From Candidatus Doudnabacteria bacterium (GTDB lineage Bacteria > Patescibacteriota > Doudnabacteria > UBA920 > VMFF01): a DNA stretch of 49,580 bases. The position numbers and the translations under genes are program-made. Positions 1-10,567 of the stretch are shown in pieces. The notes below the pieces were generated by a model. That model saw only the letters and a program-made list of their open reading frames with translations. It searched no databases and was not told the DNA's origin. The DNA lies in contig CAWIZL010000003.1 of the NCBI GenBank assembly GCA_963840645.1, positions 1 to 49,580 of the forward strand, written 5' to 3'. Every line of letters starts with the position of its first letter. Positions within the stretch are counted from its first letter, which is position 1.

Positions 1-382
1 CTGATGACCCAGCTCCAGAGTTCACCACATACCGAGCTGGGCAGCCAAAGTTAACATCAAACCCATCTGGGTGAATTTTTCTGTCAGCACGCGCGCCGCA
101 ACTTTAAAGTGCTCTGGGTCATTGCCGAAGAGCTGGATAATGTACGGACGCTCCTCTGGCAGGAAGCGGGCGAGCATAAAGCTTTTTTCGTTTTCTCTTT
201 GTAGAAAATGCTCGCAGCAGAAATGAACTCTGAGAACAGCAGGTCAGAGCCAAAACGCTTTGCCATGACGCGCATGGCAATGTCGCTGACGCCAGACATT
301 GGCGCGAGAGCTACGACAGGCGGCTTGATGGCGTCGAGGAAAAAGGTTCGCTCTCGGTATATTTTTCTACGCTCGGCATCAT
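1..382 (-). CDS. dusB: tRNA-dihydrouridine synthase (Dus family), N-terminal part; runs off window start
   Basis: ORF 84..299 reads (ALAP)MSGVSDIAMRVMAKRFGSDLLFSEFISA, matching the Dus N-terminal LAPMxGxxD..SE motif; start ATG at 382/379 reachable by one extra T in the run at ~338-345; further indels downstream. Confidence 0.8.
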
Positions 383-395
383 TCGTCTTTCGCTG

Positions 396-1770
396 TCACC
401 TTTGGCCGTTCTTTGTATCGAGGAGCGTGTACCCGAGCCCTTCAATTTGCGCACGCAGTGCGTCTGATTCAGCGTAGTTTTTTTCGGCTCTTCTAGCACT
501 TCGCGCTGTTCGACTAGCCCTCCACGTCAGCTGGAATGTTCGTCTTGCGCGCGTACGCGTCTTCAAGGCCAAGCCCGAGCAGCTCATCGATCTTGAAAAT
601 AGTTGCGAGCTTCTGGCCGCCGTCCAAGTCTACCTAGAACCGGGTACAGCAGCCCGAAGACTTCTGCTGTGTTCAGGTCGTTGTTCACGCTCTCTGTTGC
701 CTGTGAAATAAATGACTGGTCTGCGGCAGCATCGGGAGTTAGATAAATTGCAAGCAAATCTGTAAATGCATCAAGGCCGCTCTTTGCGGCTAGTCGCCCA
801 TCGATGGTGACGTTGATTTTTGTCCTGTAGTGGGACTGTATAACTTGGCTGCGAGGTATTCCCCGCGGTTAATGCCATGTTGTGTTGCCAGGTCTTCGAG
901 CGTGTAAAAGTTTCCAGCGCTCTTTGCCATTTTCTTGCCCTCAACGACAATATGGTCAGAGTGTATCCAGTGGTGCACGAACGGCCTGTAGTACGCCTGA
1001 GCCTGTGCAATCTCGTTCGTGTGGTGGGGAAATATTAAATCAATGCCGCCAGCGTGGATGTCAGTTCCATCCGGAAACTTTATGTAGTTGATCGCTGTGC
1101 ACTCAATGTGCCAGCCAGGCCTGCCTTTACCCAAGTTGGGTGACCCAGAAAATTTGGCCGTCATCTTCGTGGTGCGCTTTCCACAGCGCAAAGTCAGAGA
1201 GGTTTTCTTTCTCGTACTCGTCAACGTTCACCCGCGCGCCAACCTTCTTGCCCTCTAATACTTTTCGCCAACCAGTGCGCCGTAGTCGCCAAAGTCTTTC
1301 TGGTACTTTTCAATGCTAAAGTACGTCGAGCCATCGTCAGCTCTGTACGCGTAGCCTTTTTCAATGAGGGCGAGAACGAAGAGCTGGATGTCAGCAATTT
1401 TTTCAGTGACCTTCACGAAGCTGATGCGCTCAGGGTTTATGTTAACTCTTTCCAGGTCTGACAAGAATATCTGGAAGTACCTATCAGTGTACTCCTCGAG
1501 CTGTTCCTGACTTGCACGAGACTCTTTGATGGTGTTCGCAATGGTCTTGTCGTCAACGTCTGTGATGTTCATGACCCAGTCAACGTCGTGGCCGTTCCAT
1601 TCGAGCGCGCGTGCCAAGAGGTCTGCGTTGATGTACGCGCGGAGGTTGCCAATGTGGGCAGTGTTGTAGACTGTTGGGCCGCAGGTGTAGAGGTTTACTT
1701 TGGTGTGGCCAATGGGTACCTCAAAAGCCTCAAGGCACTTTGTGAGGGTGTTGAAAAGTGTTAATGGCAT
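396..1770 (-). CDS. cysS: cysteine--tRNA ligase (several apparent indels)
   Basis: YTCGPTVYN..HIGN (HIGH motif), GRPGWHIEC, DIHAGGIDLIFPHH, KMAKS (KMSKS motif) and C-terminal YAESDALRAQIEGLGYTLLD spread over ORFs 1255..1770, 790..1224, 396..587. Confidence 0.95.
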
Positions 1771-1776
1771 TGTTCT

Positions 1777-1782
1777 ATTATA
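1777..1782 (-). promoter_or_regulatory. -10 box TATAAT 6 nt before cysS ATG (leaderless-type promoter)
   Basis: minus strand reads TATAAT-agaaca-ATG. Confidence 0.6.
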
Positions 1783-1806
1783 TGCGATTTTAAGGGCTTT
1801 AGATAC

Positions 1807-1835
1807 TTGACATAAGTATTATATTGTGCTATTAT
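1807..1835 (+). promoter_or_regulatory. sigma70-type promoter
   Basis: TTGACA (1807-1812), 17-nt spacer, TATTAT (1830-1835). Confidence 0.75.
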
Positions 1836-1841
1836 GTTACT

Positions 1842-2089
1842 TCAAAGTCAAAAGGCTTTGAGAAGCACTTTAACAACTGAATAGCCTAATTCCTGTTGTG
1901 GAAAGCAACTTGGCGGTTTGTAGGTTATCCTATATGTCGCCAGATTACTTTCCATGAACGTGGAGAGGCGGTAAATAGGCAGCAGCGTAGGTGAGAGATA
2001 GCCGCGCTGCCGAGAAAATATATCTACCAGTTTGATGCTACTGGTTAAATAAGATCCCGCGATACATCCAAGGATGTAGCAGCTTTTTC
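1842..2089 (+). ncRNA. putative structured leader RNA with boxA-like antitermination site; family not recognised
   Basis: hairpin 1842-1861, GCACTTTAACAA at 1865-1876, stems 1899-1954, 1978-2011, 2026-2045, 2063-2078 followed by a T tract, then AGGAG and ATG 2102. Confidence 0.5.
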
Positions 2090-2101
2090 AGGAGAACAGA
2101 A

Positions 2102-2422
2102 ATGTACCATACAGATGTATCTGTTGAGGTCAGCAGGGGAGCTGCTTGTGAGCTTTCCCTAAACGAAGTTAAGAATCAGATCGTTGTCCTCCTCCGGGCT
2201 TTTGGGGAGTACATTCCAAACTCCGAGTTGATCGAGAGTGTGGATGACGGGTACGTGCTCGTCCGGTCGCAATCCAAGTCCGGCATTGACGCGGACGGGG
2301 TGACAGCTGCACTGAAAGAGTTTTCCAGGCCGACCTCGGTCTTTCTCTACGTAAGTTTTGGAGGCGCAGACGTGGAGTGCAATCACAGCAGCCTCTGCAT
2401 TGAACGAGGACAGGCTTGGTAG
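2102..2422 (+). CDS. hypothetical protein (106 aa)
   Basis: ATG preceded by AGGAG at 2090-2094; no recognisable motif. Confidence 0.55.
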   Translation: MYHTDVSVEVSRGAACELSLNEVKNQIVVLLRAFGEYIPNSELIESVDDGYVLVRSQSKSGIDADGVTAALKEFSRPTSVFLYVSFGGADVECNHSSLCIERGQAW

Positions 2423-2442
2423 TTCATCAAAAAGAGGAAAAA

Positions 2443-2973
2443 ATGAAAAAAGAATTCACCGAGAAGCTGTACCTCCCCGATGGTTGGGAGGCGATTCAGT
2501 ACGCGACATCCCTGGTTCTCGCAGAGTCTGGATTCACGATGACAGACGTCCACGCAGTAGGACGCTTTGCCGTTGCCCTGGCTCAGCGGAGGTTGGAAGG
2601 GAGGGGGTATACAGAGATACGTTCGTGGATACCCATCATCCACCGGTTGCAGAAGGAGTTTCGCAACAAGGCTAAACGAGATGAGGATTCCCTTGGAAGG
2701 GAGGTGTACCACTGCATGATTAAAATTCTCGATCTGCTGGCGCTACCCCCAAATCGAGGGGGTGTTGTCCACACCGGCGTAATACGCCACGGGATCCTCT
2801 CAAAGCTCTGGGCGTGGAGGTTTGGCAAGGAGTTCCGGAATGATTCCAGATCCGATGCTCTTCCGATTCTTCCGCTCAGAAGCGGCGATCACTACATGGA
2901 TGTCTATGCTCTTCCTACGCCAGAAGAGCGGAGTGCTATCCTGGCTCAGTACAAGTATCGATACTCGAGCTAG
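2443..2973 (+). CDS. hypothetical protein (176 aa)
   Basis: in-frame ATG 2443 after GAGGA within ORF 2416..2973; followed by a terminator. Confidence 0.65.
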   Translation: MKKEFTEKLYLPDGWEAIQYATSLVLAESGFTMTDVHAVGRFAVALAQRRLEGRGYTEIRSWIPIIHRLQKEFRNKAKRDEDSLGREVYHCMIKILDLLALPPNRGGVVHTGVIRHGILSKLWAWRFGKEFRNDSRSDALPILPLRSGDHYMDVYALPTPEERSAILAQYKYRYSS

Positions 2974-2998
2974 GCTGCCTCTAACGGCGACATCTCAC

Positions 2999-3037
2999 AC
3001 GGGAACACTACACCACGTAGTGTTCCCGTTCTTTTTA
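2999..3037 (+). terminator. intrinsic terminator (likely bidirectional with corA)
   Basis: 13-bp perfect stem ACGGGAACACTAC/GTAGTGTTCCCGT, 5-nt loop, then TCTTTTT. Confidence 0.8.
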
Positions 3038-3040
3038 TAC

Positions 3041-3965
3041 CTAGAAGTACCTTCTCTTCTTGAAAATCGCAAACAGAATACCAGAGCACGCAGCTGCAAT
3101 TGCCAGAACAATCCAGAACGCGTACGGGTTGCCAGCTAAGGGCAGGTGCTCAACGCTCAGGCTGAATGCCAGCACAACGAACGTTGCTGGCAAGAATACC
3201 GCAGACGCAATGGTAAAAATTTCTGTAATCTTGTTGAGGCGGTTTGCTGCCAGTGCTTGGTTTGCATCCTGCAGTGCGTCAGCGGTTTCTTTTTGAATTG
3301 CCAAAATGTCCCAAATGTTCTCAGCGTGGTCGAGCAGGCTTGCGTAGTAGTCGCGGCTGTCTGGAAACATCACGTACAGCTCCTTTGACTGCATGAGCTT
3401 CTTTAAAATAAGGTGGTGCGTCTTCATGATGCGCCTGAAGTCTATGATGTTGCGCTTCATCAGCGAGATTGCCTCGAGCGTCTTCACGGACAGGTCTTTG
3501 AAGATCACGTGCTCGATTTCGTCAACGTCGAACGACATGTGCCTGCCGAAGATTGGGAAGCTGCGCTTGAACAGCCGCTCGAGAATTTGGTACAGCAGCC
3601 ACCCAGCATTCCCTGACATGAGCTCCGCGGCGCAGCTCCTCGTGCTCAATGGTGCCGGCAACCATGTCTGTCATGGTGAACATTGACCCATCGTGGATGG
3701 TGATGAGGTAGCCTTTGCCAATGAAGATGTCAACTTCTGCTGGTTTGATCTCGCGCGCCTTGCGGTCAAAGATGGGAAACAGCATGACAATGAACTGGTA
3801 CGTGTCGCGCGCTTCAACCTTTGTGTGCTGCGAGGTGGCCGCAACATCTTGCAGGTCGAGCGGGTGGAAGCTGTAGTTTTTTTTGAGAAAATCAATTTCA
3901 GCAGCACCAGGGCTGACAATGTCTATCCACTTCAGATTTTTGGTGTGAATGGCACGAACGTTCAT
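3041..3965 (-). CDS. corA: CorA-family magnesium transporter (one frameshift)
   Basis: WIDIVSPGAAEIDFLKKNYSFHPLDLQDV N-terminus, LLDHAE..D, RLNKITEIFTIASAVFLPATFV and two C-terminal TM helices; ORFs 3522..3965 and 3041..3661. The canonical GMN motif appears altered (FSLSV). Confidence 0.85.
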
Positions 3966-4068
3966 GTGTAGCTTTTGTTTGGGTTTCCTAGAACCTTTAC
4001 ACTTCTCTGTAAAAATAGTATACTATCGAGTTCCCATTAACGCAAATTCTTGGTATAATTTAAGCACT

Positions 4069-4389
4069 ATGGCAGACTTAATAGAGCGTACACCAGACTT
4101 AAACAGCGAAAAGAAACTCGAGCAGCAGGCTGAGCGGACTGTTGGCCAAGAGCTAGCAGAGCCAGCCTCTGGCGATAACCTAAGGCTCGTCAAGCCAATG
4201 GTTGAAGAGATCAGGCACGGCGGAGAGCCTCTTGCCGTTGAGGCATCAGTTGAGCCTGCGCCACAGCAAGACCTTGGTGCAGTGTTGGAAGACGGCCAAA
4301 CTGTAGCTGCGAAGGCAGAGTCAGCAAAGGAAGAAATTCACAAGGAAAAATTTAGCGCCTTCATGGAAGGTAAGCTTGGACACTGGTGA
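4069..4389 (+). CDS. hypothetical acidic protein
   Basis: ATG 4069 shortly after TATAAT (4053-4058) inside ORF 3949..4389. Confidence 0.55.
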   Translation: MADLIERTPDLNSEKKLEQQAERTVGQELAEPASGDNLRLVKPMVEEIRHGGEPLAVEASVEPAPQQDLGAVLEDGQTVAAKAESAKEEIHKEKFSAFMEGKLGHW

Positions 4390-4466
4390 TCTGCAAATGG
4401 ATGTGCGCCAGGACAGCGACCCCGCAGAGTAGCGCTTCCTTCACTCCAAAAAACAAAAACTAAAAA

Positions 4467-7006
4467 ATGCCCGTACTCTCAACTCTAACACTGCTCTACC
4501 TGCTCCTCGCCGTTCTGGTGGTTGGCTTGGCGGCGGTGTTTTTTTACTTTTACGCAAAGCACAGGAAGCTCATGGGCTTCACCGTGCCGCGCTTCAAAGA
4601 GTCGGTGTTCCTCGAAATCCAAGTGCCAAAAGACATTGGCGATGCTGACATGGGCAAGTCATCAGGCAGCAGCGCCGGCGCGGGTGGGAGCGATGACCAC
4701 ACCAAGCAGCTCATCTCAGTTGCAGAGCAGCTGTACACCGCGCTGTCAGAACTCACCAATGGTAAGTCTGGCAAGCGCGGCGTAGAGTACCTTTCATTTG
4801 AGATCGCAGCCGTGAACCAGAAAATTGGGTTCTACGTGAACTGCTCGCCAGCTGTGCGTGGCCTCGTAGAAAAGCAAATCCACGCGCAGTACCCGTACGC
4901 GCACGTTGAAGAGGTTCGCCCGTACAACCCGTTCCCAAAAAATTCTGTTCAGGCCAGCGCAAAGCTCACCACCAAGAAGGGCTACTTCTACCCGTTCCGC
5001 ACGTACAAGGAAACAGAGACAGATCCGCTGAACGCCATCACCAACGCAATGTCAAAGCTCGGGGCGGGTGAGAGCGCCGTGCTCCAGCTCGTCATTAGCT
5101 CTGCCGGCAGTTCGTGGCAGTCAAAGCCCCGTAAAATGGCGCTCGAAATTCAGCAGGGTAAAACGCCAGAGCACGTTGACCGCGGCGACTTCCAGAAGTT
5201 TGCAGGGGAGCTGGTGAGTGCCGCAAAGGGAAAAAGTGACAGGCAGGCAGACCACAGCAAAGACTTAACAGGCTTGCACGCGCCAATAAACCTCACGCCG
5301 CAGCAGCAAGAGGTGGTGAAGCGGCTGGAGCAGAAGGCGAGCAGGCCTGGGTTCCGCACGAACATCCGCCTCATCACGTCAGCGGGTACGCAGGCAGAGG
5401 CAGACAGCAAAATGCGCGACGTTGTGTCATCGTTCGTGCAGTACGCACTGCCGCCGTTCAACAGCTTCAAGGTGGCAAAGCAGAACGACCGCCACGTGCT
5501 GCTCGACTTCATCGTGCGCGGTTTCAACGACATTGGCATGATCCTGAACACAGAAGAACTCGCCAGCATCTGGCACGTGCCAACGCCAATGATTGAGACG
5601 CCGAACGTGAAGTGGCTCACGTTCAAGAAGCTGCCACCACCAATCAACATGCCAAAGGACGGCGTGAGCCTGGGCGTGAACAGCTACCGCGGCGTGAACA
5701 CTGAGGTGAACATTTCGCGCGACGACCGCCGCCGCCACATGTACCTCATTGGCCGCACTGGCACTGGCAAGTCAAACTTGATTGCATCTATGGCAGGCCA
5801 AGACATCTTGAACGGGGATGGCGTGTGCGTAGTTGACCCGCACGGCGATTTAATAGAAAACATCCTCGAGCGCATTCCAAAAGAGCGCGCTGATGACGTC
5901 ATTTTGTTTGAGCCGTTCGATGTGGAGCGGCCAATGGGGCTGAATATTTTAGAAGTTCACGGCGAAGAAGAGAAAGACACTGTCGTGCAGGAAATGATAT
6001 CCATTTTCTACAAGCTCGTCACAGACCCTGCAATGCTCGCCCAATGTTTGAGCACAACATGCGCAACGCAATGCTCACGCTCATGGCAGACGGCGAATTT
6101 CCAGGTACCATCACAGACATCCCGCGCATCTTCACTGACACAGAGTTCCAGAAGTACAAAGTAGCAAAGCTGCAAGACTACGTTGTGCGCGCGTTCTGGG
6201 AAAAAGAAATGGCAAAGACCTCAGACTTCCACAAGTCTGAAATGCTCGGCTACCTCATCTCTAAAGTCGGGCGCTTTACAGAAAATTCTATGATTCGTAA
6301 CATTGTTGGGCAGGCAAAGTCCTCGTTCAACTTTCGCGAGGCAATGGACTCTGGAAAAATTCTTCTGTTGAACCTTGCAAAGGGCAAGACAGGGGAGATA
6401 AATGCAAAACTTTTGGGGTTAATCATTGTGTCAAAGCTGCAGATGGCAGCCTTAGGTCGTGCGAACGTGCCTGAAGACGAGCGCCGCGACTTTTTCTTGT
6501 ACGTTGACGAGTTCCAGAACTTCATCACAGATTCGTTCGCTACCATTCTGTCTGAGGCGCGCAAGTACCGCCTGAACTTAATCATTGCGCACCAGTACTT
6601 AGGCCAGCTTGAATCTGCTGCGGGGTCGCAGGGTGCTGCAACCAATTCACTGCGCGACGCCGTATTCGGCAACGTGGGCACAGAGGTGTGTTTCAGAATT
6701 GGCGTTGAGGATGCAGAGACAATGGCAAAAGAGTTCTCGCCAACTGTGAGCGCGTACGACCTGGTAAACATTGATCGCTTCAACGCGTACTCAAAGTTGA
6801 TGATACAGGGCACAGCTTCAAAAGCGTTCAACATGGCAGTGCGCCGCTTGCCAGACACAGCGTCAAAAGAGCGCGCAGCTGCCATTCGACAGCTGTCACG
6901 CTTGAAGTACGGCAGGCCGCGCGCAGAAGTTGAAGCAGAGCTGTCGGCAAGTGCACACGCGGCCGAGCGCACCCAGGCCATTGATTTGCCAGCAGATGGG
7001 CGGTAG
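4467..7006 (+). CDS. membrane-anchored VirD4/TraG/HerA-like (DUF87/TrwB-type) ATPase; frameshift near 6045
   Basis: N-terminal TM helix, Walker A GRTGTGKS, VVDPHGDL, Walker B FFLYVDEFQNF, LSEARKYRLNLIIAHQYLGQL, FGNVGT. Confidence 0.85.
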
Positions 7007-7122
7007 CTTGTCTAGTAGTTTATCCCCTTGATATCCCCAGTTTAGCTCTGCTAGACTTCTGTTATTCAGTTTCTCGTTCCTCTCGTGTGGCCCGAAACCA
7101 AAATAAAAAGTAAAGGAATTCT

Positions 7123-7745
7123 ATGGATAAGCTATCGAACCTAGCTTTAATTGCGCAGATGATTGATTCTGCGGAGAAGAACCTTCAGTCCGCAAAGCAC
7201 CTGCTGCGCGAGATGGTGGGTGGCGCAGCCATGCCAATGTCTTCTGGCTACAGCAGCACAAACTTTGCAGAGCGCGCCCAGGTACTGAACATCTCTGATG
7301 GCGGCAAGGTTGTCGAGGGCGTGTTCGATGGCCAGAACATGGTTGGCCTGACGGCAAGCAGTACCCAGTGCCCGCAAACTACGCATCAAAGAGCAAGCTC
7401 ATTGAGGGCGATGTGCTCAAGCTCACCATTGCCGATGACGGGTCTTTCATCTACAAGCAGATTGGCCCAATTGACCGCATCAAGGTGGTGGGCATTCTCA
7501 CCAAAGATGAGCGCGGCGACTTCCGCGTCGTGGCGAGTGGCAAGACGTACCGCGTGCTACTGGCATCCGTGACGTACTTCAAGGCAGAGCTCGGCGATGA
7601 GGTGACGCTCGTGGTGCCAAAAGATGGCAGCTCAACGTGGGCAGCTGTCGAGAACGTCATCAAGCCGGGAATGTCTGGCGTAGGTGTAGGTGGCACGGCG
7701 CAGATCCACTCTGGCCGCGACGAAGAAGAAATGAATGAAACCTAG
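7123..7745 (+). CDS. conserved hypothetical protein (CPR-type, OB-fold-like C-terminus); one frameshift
   Basis: VVEGVFDGQNMVG..YPVPANYASKSKLIEGDVLKLTIADDGSFIYKQIGP across ORFs 7123..7572 and 7368..7745. Confidence 0.7.
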
Positions 7746-8172
7746 CACCGTCCACCAAGTTTGGCGGTTCATTGCCGTTGGCATCGTAAACACAGCCATT
7801 GACCTGGCTGTTTTGAATGTCCTCATTGCGGCAACTGACAGGGGACGCAGCGGCTTGGTCTTCCTATTGTTCAAGGCAGTGTCATTCACGTGCGCAACCA
7901 CGAACAGCTACTTCATGAATCGCTACTGGACGTTTGCCGGCGCGAACGCTGGCAAGGCTGTTGAGCGACAGGCAGTAGAGTTTGCCGTTGTCAGCGTGCT
8001 CGGCCTCATCGTGAACGTCACGGCAGCAACATCGTTCATCGCGGTCGTGCCAGTGCTCGTGGTGTCTGCAAAGCTGTGGCCATCTGTTGGCGCGCTCTTC
8101 GGGACTGCCTGTTCTCTGGTGACAAACTTCTTTGGGTACAAGTTTTTTGTGTTCAAGCGGAGCGGTGTATAA
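7735..8172 (+). CDS. GtrA family membrane protein
   Basis: RFIAVGIVNTAIDLAVL, SYFMNRYWTF, NFFGYKFFVF; four TM helices. Confidence 0.9.
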   Translation: MKPSTVHQVWRFIAVGIVNTAIDLAVLNVLIAATDRGRSGLVFLLFKAVSFTCATTNSYFMNRYWTFAGANAGKAVERQAVEFAVVSVLGLIVNVTAATSFIAVVPVLVVSAKLWPSVGALFGTACSLVTNFFGYKFFVFKRSGV

Positions 8173-8213
8173 TAGAGACGGTCAACAGTAGGCAGTAAAC
8201 AGGACATAAAAAA

Positions 8214-9019
8214 ATGGACGAAGAGCAAGGCGAGCACGTGGTACACCACCGCAGCCAGAAATTTTTAGGAATTTCAACGAGCGGTTGGGTGGGCATTGTC
8301 ATTGGACTGGTGCTCATTGCCATTGTTGGGTACACAGCTGACATGGTTGTGAAGAAAATTGATTCCATTGGGAACACCGTTGCAGCCCAGGGCAGCCAAA
8401 TTCAACAGGTGAGCAACAGCGTGCAGGCCATCACAGCTGCAGAGCCGACAGCAGCGCCTACGCCAGATCCGAACAAGGTCTACACCCTGACCATTGCGCC
8501 AAACACGCCGTTCTTGGGGAGCGCCAATGCGCCAGTCACCGTTGTCGAGTACGCAGACTACCACTGCCCATTCTGTGAAGAGTTCTACGCTAATGATTTT
8601 CCAGACATCCAGACAAAGTACATTGCCACTGGGAAGGTAAAATTTATCTACCAAGACTTCCCGTTCTTGGCGCCAGACTCAGAAACAGCCGCAGAGGCTA
8701 CGCAGTGTGCAAATGACCAGGGCAAGTTCTGGCAGTTCCACGACTACCTGTTCAACAACCAAGGCCCAGAGGGCAGTGACGACCTCGCGCTGCCAGACGA
8801 AGAGACTATTGCCAAAAAGCTTGGCTCAGTATGTCGAAGTTCGACAGCTGCATGACGAGTGGCAAGTACACAGCGTTCGTTGCGCAGGAAAAAACAAATG
8901 CGACGAACGTTGGCGTGCAGTCTACTCCGACAGTGTTCGTCAACGGCAAAATGATTCTGGGCGCACTGCCAGCAACCACGTTTGATGCTGCTATAAATGC
9001 AGCTCTCGGGCAGCAGTAG
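8214..9019 (+). CDS. membrane-anchored DsbA/thioredoxin-fold oxidoreductase; frameshift near 8815
   Basis: TM helix, LGSANAPVTVVEYADYHCPFC (CxxC), GVQSTPTVFVNG. Confidence 0.9.
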
Positions 9020-9070
9020 CACTTGGCTTGCGTAGTGGCATCTGTCACCCTCAGGTGATATAATGGCTGC

Positions 9071-10567
9071 ATGCCAGCACTTTACCGTACGTACAGACCA
9101 CAAAAATTTTCAGAAGTTGTAAACCAGGAGCACGTTAAGGTAACCCTGCGCAATGCAGTTGTTGCTGGTTCCTTTACGCACGCGTACCTTTTCACGGGAA
9201 TGCGCGGCACGGGCAAGACAACCGTGGCGCGCATATTCGCGCGCGCCATAAACTGTCTGCACCCGAAAGACGGCGAGCCGTGCAACGAGTGCGCAACCTG
9301 CCGCCAGTTCCTAGACGGCACGAGCTTAGACTTAAACGAGGTTGATGCTGCGTCAAACACCGGCGTTGAGAACGTGCGCGAGATCATTGAGAACCTAAAG
9401 TTTTCTCCGGCGAGCGCAAAGTACCGCGTGTTCATCGTGGACGAGGTGCACATGCTGTCAAAGGGTGCATTCAATGCGCTGCTCAAGACCTTAGAAGAGC
9501 CGCCAGCCCACGCAGTTTTTATCTTGGCGACAACTGGTGTCACAAGGTTCCAGCTACCGTAGTTTCGCGCAGCCAGCGCTTTGATTTCAAGAAAGTGGAG
9601 AATGGATTGCTCGCCGCGCACTTAGTAGACATTGCCCACCGTGAGAAAATAAAAATTGATAGCGCGAGCGTTGATTTGATAGTTGGCGCAGCAGAGGGGA
9701 GCGTGCGCGACGCGCTCTCAATTTTGGATAAGCTGAGCGCGTACGGCGACGTGAGCGTTCAGGTCACAGAGCAGCTCCTTGGAACCACGAACACTGAGAC
9801 AGTGCAGGCGTTTCTGGGTCTGCTCGCGAGCCGCGATGCAGTTGCCTCGCTTGAGTTTTTGGAGCAGCTCTTTGGTTCTGGCGTTGACCCCGTGCAGTTC
9901 AACAAAGATTTTTTAGAGTACTGCCGAAAGCTCTTGGTTGCCATGAACGGGGGACAGGTTGGTTTTTCATTCAGCGAGTCGCAGCAAGTGGTTCTGGGCC
10001 AGCAGGCGAGCGCAATTTCTGTGAACCAGCTCCTGCACATCATCAGGCTGTTCCTGCGCGCCAACAAAGATTTCCAGACGAGCCGAGCGCTGATCTGCCA
10101 ATGGAGGTTTCAGCAGCAGAGGCGTGCCTGCAGCCAGCTGCTCCAACAGCTGGAGCTACTGCTGCACCGATTCAAGCTCCTGCCCCAGCTCAAAAAAAAA
10201 CTGAAGCCGCGACTGAGCAAAAGATCTCAGGGCAAGCTCCTTCCTCTTCAGTAAAAAATACCACCACGCTCGAGCAGCTCATGCTCTCGTGGCCTGCAAT
10301 TTTAGACGAGCCCGCAGCCAGGCGAGCACGCTTTTGACTGTCCTCAAGACAGTGTTCGTGAAGTCTGTCCAAGGTGGCCAGGTAGAGATTGTGTGCGCGT
10401 ACGATTTTCACCGCGACACGCTCGCAAACGCAAAGAACAGGGCAATTCTAGTGTCGCTCTTTGACCAGTACTGTGGCCCAGGGTTGTTCCCAACGTTCAC
10501 CGTTGAGAAGCAAGGGCAATCAGCGCTCGTGGATGCTTCCGCCGCCGCAGCAGAGCTGTTTGGCTAG
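9071..10567 (+). CDS. dnaX: DNA polymerase III subunits gamma/tau (several indels)
   Basis: [37 protein letters not shown] zinc cluster, [33 protein letters not shown]; TATAAT 9059-9064 six nt before ATG. Confidence 0.95.

Noticed and set aside
396-398. cysS ends in TGA where many CysRS have a C-terminal Trp (GQR*QRK vs GTTWRRK), hinting at TGA recoding
   Set aside because: TGA ends several other genes at normal positions (mraY, PBP, ybaB-region neighbours), TGG is used for Trp throughout, and no other conserved-position TGA was found
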